Shown piece after piece: positions 5,211-8,797 of a stretch of 8,797 nt of DNA; positions within the stretch are counted from its first letter, which is position 1, and each line of letters opens with the position of its first letter. The position numbers and the translations under genes were made by a program. The notes beneath the pieces were generated by a model. That model was given only the letters and a program-made list of their open reading frames with translations. It was not told the DNA's origin and did not search any database. Origin of the DNA: Andalucia godoyi And28 (Eukaryota > Protista > Jakobida); contig VRVR01000031.1 of the NCBI GenBank assembly GCA_009859145.1, forward strand, positions 266,724-275,520, given 5' to 3'.

Positions 5211-8200
5211 ATGGCAAAGATCATCGTCAAGGTCTTTTCATTGTCCCGGCGCGGCCAGGAACCATTTCGTGTGCTGAATGGTCCCGCATCACTTGAATGT
5301 GATTCATTCGAGACAGACATTGATGTGATTGCAAAGACTGCGGCTGACGATGTTCAGATAAAAGACTATCTTCGTGGTGCATATGCTGTTCGATGCATGA
5401 CAAAGCTGCCTGGTCTGTGCTCGATCCCTTTGCGATTCACCTCCAATGAAGGAGGAGCCGGTTCAAGCGAACGTGCTGATCTGTGGTGCAAGTGTGCTGT
5501 TCAGAGGACTGCATCCGTCGATGGTCGATTTGTACACAATAATGGAGACGCAGAATTCGTTACAACGCTTGATGACTTCAACGAACGATTTCCACAGATT
5601 TCAAGCGAGCAGGTTCTTGGAGATCTTGTGCAGGTTCATCGCACAGCGTCTGCGAATGTGTATGTGTATCTTGTTCTCGAACCCGCGCATTCGGAGCCTC
5701 CTGTTCGTCCAACATCTCAAATCGAAGAAGCGTTCTCGAGACACACTCTCGAGGAGTCTTTCGCGCAGAGAGTGAGCAAGATGGCCGACAATCTGGTGGC
5801 TGACTTTTGCGTTCTCAACGTTCTTGATCACCAGAGAAGGAAATGGTTTCTTGGCGAGAGCCTGCTGAAGGAATTACCAATCACGTGCTGCGAAACCAAC
5901 TCAACTGTGGAAAATCCGTCCTTTGTCGACATGCTCATGCCGTATGTGGGGACTGTCGAGGAGTACTGGAAAGCACTCAACAGTCAGACTGGTGCTGCTT
6001 CTGAACAGTGTTCGAAACGCGTGGTTGCTGTCGCACAAGCATCCGGCAGTGGAAAAACCCGTCTTTCCTATGCGCTTGGGCAAAACAATGCGCTCGTGAT
6101 AGTGATTCGCATTGCTATGCAGCTGACCGAAGGACTCGCCCCACCTTGGGAGCAGTGGCAACGTCATGTGCAGAAAGCTCATCGGCTCGACAGAGGAAAT
6201 CATCCTCGGCATGTGGCTTCGTTTGCAATGGCGAGTCTCCGTTTGCTCGTGGCCACGTATGTGGAGTGGGTTGCCGAAGTTCTGAAAGCGCTCTCGGACC
6301 GCAAATTTGATTCTGAGAGCGTTTTCAGAGAAGCTGCACTGCGCTCGCTGCGAAATGGCAGTGGAGATCGTGGTGTGCTTTCGCTGTTCAACGAACGCAT
6401 GCGGTCTTTTTTCCCAGATGGATATACTGGCATCCAGAATGAGAATGAGGATATGATGATGGATGACGTGCGAGAGGCCGTGAAGAAACATGTTGCTGTT
6501 GTGGATGAACGCCTACGCAAAATTGTTGGCACGCAGGAAACCATTGTGATTTCGTACGACGAGGTTCAGTTCTTGTTGGATGTGCTGCAGAATACGTTTT
6601 ATCCGCTGGGCGAGTGGAACGGGTCGCAAGACGCAGGGGCGCCGACTCGATCCGCGTTTCATGGATTGATAGCGTTAATGCCGTCGCTGTTGGATGGCGT
6701 TGGATGGCGACAGAGCATGTGCGGCACGTACTTTCAGATCTCGGCCGAAGCGGTTTCCAAGCTTTCGCCCATTGCTCATCGTGTGCATCCGATGTATCAC
6801 ACGTCCGTCATCGAAGTGAATGACATGAAAGCATCGCTGGAGACATTTTTCCGTTTCCAGCCGGGCTTCTTTGAACGTGAAGAGGTACGCTTGTGTCTAT
6901 CATTTTTGCGTGGTCGACCGAAATTCTTTTTTGGACATGCGTGGACAAGCTGCATCTGGATCGAGCTGACGGCGCGCACGGGTAACTCCACAGAAGGTAT
7001 TGATGAGCTCGTGCTTCGTGGATTGCAAAAGGCTGTTGAGGAGTTGAAGCGAGAACGTACCGCTGACATCCGATCGCTGTGGATTTCAAACCCAAAATTG
7101 ATTGCTAGCACTCCTCATGTGACCACCTCCTTGTTTTGCCAAGAGCTGTATGCGTCGCTGAAGCTGAGTGGAGGTCATCTTTTGACCTCTGGACAGGAAG
7201 GCGATGTTGTGCGGTACGGAATATTTGCCTTTCATCCTTCTGCTGGTGTTGATCTTGATTTGCGCAATGAGCCGGCGACAGTCGACGCACTGCTGTTTGT
7301 TGGCGATTCCCTTGTGCTGAAGTCAGAGCAGGGCGTTTCGCAAGTTGAGACCTCGTCGAAGAGGGGTGATGCCGATCCTATTTTGTCCCTTCTCGAAAGG
7401 TACACCGCCACGACAAGCATTGCCGGTTTTCATTTCACAACGAACGTGAAGGGTGGTGTGTGGGAATTGGCCTTTGTGTGGCACATCCTGCGTCGTCGAA
7501 TCATTCAGCAGAAAGCAAAAAGCACACTAACACTGCATTCTCTCTTTTCCCCGCTATGCGCTGCCAATTTTGTTCTACCGGATGCGCTTCATCAATGGGA
7601 AGTCATAGCAGACGAAGGCTGGAACGCCAGCTCCCTCGTAGCCTCCAGAAATGACGATGACGACGATGGCGATGCTGATGATGATGATGATGATGATGAT
7701 GACGACGACGATGATGACGACGATGATGGTGATGATGATGATGTTGTTGGTGTGACTACGCATTTCCACATGTTGCTCAACAGTCGTGATGCGACACGTA
7801 AGGTCATGTACAGTGTGGACAGGTACGCTGGGGCAGACGTTTTGTTTCTCGCGACGCACAGCGACAATCGTCATGAACGGATTCTCGTCAGTGTGCAGTG
7901 CAAAGCAGAAAAGAGGAGCTCGCTCCGAGAATGCCTGCGAAGCAGTTCTCCAGCGTGGCAATTCACAACCAAGTCACAGCGGGCGGCGGTGTTGAACGGC
8001 GTGAGAGTCCTTTCATTTAACGAACAGAAGAAGGTGTCGAAAACGAAGACAAAGAAGACGAAGGTGAAAGCAGTTAAGGGGTGGTCGAAGAAGAGAGAGG
8101 CGTTCTGTTCGTTGTGGCTTGAGGATCCGTTTGTTTTCGAGCATGCGGTCCGCGTCGCTCTGGCTGTGAATGACTACTCAACTGGAACTGCGGAAGCAAT

Positions 8201-8399
8201 CACGAAGCTGAACAGCGATTACTCCGCAGACGAGTGGTCGCCAATCGTTCTTTGCAGAAGTTCCGCCACTGCTTTCGGTCCGCTGCATGATGCAGTGGCG
8301 CGAGCTTGCGCCGGGGAGCAGACATCCAACACTTCAGACCGTGCATTTCTCTTACCTCAGACTGCCAGCAAGGTTGCTCTTTCACAGATTGACAAGTGA
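5211..8399 (+). CDS. Crinkler/RHS-type (CR) protein: N-terminal header, P-loop NTPase and PD-(D/E)xK restriction-endonuclease-like domain, 1062 aa
   Basis: Uninterrupted ORF from the first ATG (5211) to TGA (8397-8399). Motifs: VYVYLVLEP (5658-5684, HVLVxxP-like); Walker A QASGSGKTR (6036-6062); Walker B IVISYDE (6543-6563); GRP (6912-6920); core helix GGVWELAF; GAD (D at 7836-7838) followed by VSVQCK (Q 7896, K 7902). This is the NTPase+REase core described for CR proteins. Confidence 0.75.
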   Translation: MAKIIVKVFSLSRRGQEPFRVLNGPASLECDSFETDIDVIAKTAADDVQIKDYLRGAYAVRCMTKLPGLCSIPLRFTSNEGGAGSSERADLWCKCAVQRTASVDGRFVHNNGDAEFVTTLDDFNERFPQISSEQVLGDLVQVHRTASANVYVYLVLEPAHSEPPVRPTSQIEEAFSRHTLEESFAQRVSKMADNLVADFCVLNVLDHQRRKWFLGESLLKELPITCCETNSTVENPSFVDMLMPYVGTVEEYWKALNSQTGAASEQCSKRVVAVAQASGSGKTRLSYALGQNNALVIVIRIAMQLTEGLAPPWEQWQRHVQKAHRLDRGNHPRHVASFAMASLRLLVATYVEWVAEVLKALSDRKFDSESVFREAALRSLRNGSGDRGVLSLFNERMRSFFPDGYTGIQNENEDMMMDDVREAVKKHVAVVDERLRKIVGTQETIVISYDEVQFLLDVLQNTFYPLGEWNGSQDAGAPTRSAFHGLIALMPSLLDGVGWRQSMCGTYFQISAEAVSKLSPIAHRVHPMYHTSVIEVNDMKASLETFFRFQPGFFEREEVRLCLSFLRGRPKFFFGHAWTSCIWIELTARTGNSTEGIDELVLRGLQKAVEELKRERTADIRSLWISNPKLIASTPHVTTSLFCQELYASLKLSGGHLLTSGQEGDVVRYGIFAFHPSAGVDLDLRNEPATVDALLFVGDSLVLKSEQGVSQVETSSKRGDADPILSLLERYTATTSIAGFHFTTNVKGGVWELAFVWHILRRRIIQQKAKSTLTLHSLFSPLCAANFVLPDALHQWEVIADEGWNASSLVASRNDDDDDGDADDDDDDDDDDDDDDDDDGDDDDVVGVTTHFHMLLNSRDATRKVMYSVDRYAGADVLFLATHSDNRHERILVSVQCKAEKRSSLRECLRSSSPAWQFTTKSQRAAVLNGVRVLSFNEQKKVSKTKTKKTKVKAVKGWSKKREAFCSLWLEDPFVFEHAVRVALAVNDYSTGTAEAITKLNSDYSADEWSPIVLCRSSATAFGPLHDAVARACAGEQTSNTSDRAFLLPQTASKVALSQIDK
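7653..7742 (+). repeat. In-frame GAT/GAC trinucleotide tract encoding 27 Asp in 30 codons
   Basis: Encodes D5-G-D-A-D17-G-D4 within the CR ORF. Confidence 0.95.
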
Positions 8400-8465
8400 C
8401 GGGCTATCGGGCCACGGTTGCACAGCCGAGTTGAGCGGAAATCGTACCATTCCCATAGGAGGGCC

Positions 8466-8693
8466 ATGGCGCATGCGATCTGCAGTACACTTGCACGTGT
8501 CATCTCTGAACTGGTGCTGTCGATCGCGGCGCTGTAGAAAGATGCCCACCAGCTTCCGACCTCGAGCCCGTTGGATAGGACCGCTCGCGCGATGGAGCTC
8601 GTCATCGCCAGACAGCTGTGGACCGACCTCGAACGCGCAGTCCAGCGTCTGCAAATCCGGGACGCTAGCATCACCGCCTTCTTTGCACCGTGA
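8466..8693 (+). pseudogene. Possible short helical ORF remnant with an internal TAG
   Basis: In the same frame as the CR gene, it reads MAHAICSTLARVISELVLSIAAL*KDAHQLPTSSPLDRTARAMELVIARQLWTDLERAVQRLQIRDASITAFFAP*, with TAG at 8535-8537. The sequence looks amphipathic-helical, but I recognise no family. Confidence 0.3.
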
Positions 8694-8797
8694 TCACTGT
8701 GTCATCGCCACTCTTCGCGCCCCCCGTTTCGTGAGCATAAATTAGAAGGTAGTCCTTCATGCTGCATCCTTTTGGAATTGCAAAAATCAACAACGAC

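Noticed and set aside
7575-7961. Minus-strand poly-Ile and poly-Ser ORFs (7575..7961 and 7592..7867)
   Set aside because: Alternative-frame readouts of the GAT/GAC tract.
1-8797. CRISPR array, tRNA, rRNA, prophage or canonical transposase/reverse transcriptase
   Set aside because: I saw no spaced direct repeats, cloverleaf or rRNA signatures, and no DDE, RT or HUH motifs.

Overview
The window looks like intron-poor, standard-code microbial-eukaryote DNA. This is inferred from TTAGGG-type repeats, plant/protist-type glycosylation genes, a Crinkler/RHS-type gene, and the absence of clear operon or Shine-Dalgarno organisation. From left to right it holds: (1) a broken CbbX/SpoVK-type tandem AAA+ gene with a +1 frameshift and apparent loss of most of its middle AAA module, whose frame ends inside a degenerate interstitial telomere-like repeat that supplies the stop codon; (2) an inverted C-rich tract and an AT-rich island with small hairpins; (3) three glycosylation-related genes, all damaged: a GT61-like fragment, the C-terminal part of an SLC35E/UXT-type nucleotide-sugar transporter, and a DUF707 GT-A-like gene with one in-frame TAG; (4) one fully intact 1062-aa ORF with Crinkler/RHS-like architecture (header ending in an HVLVxxP-like motif, P-loop NTPase, PD-(D/E)xK-like nuclease) carrying a 30-residue poly-Asp insertion; (5) a short helical ORF remnant. 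I found no rRNA, tRNA, CRISPR array or recognisable transposase. All family assignments come from motifs recognised by eye, not from database searches.
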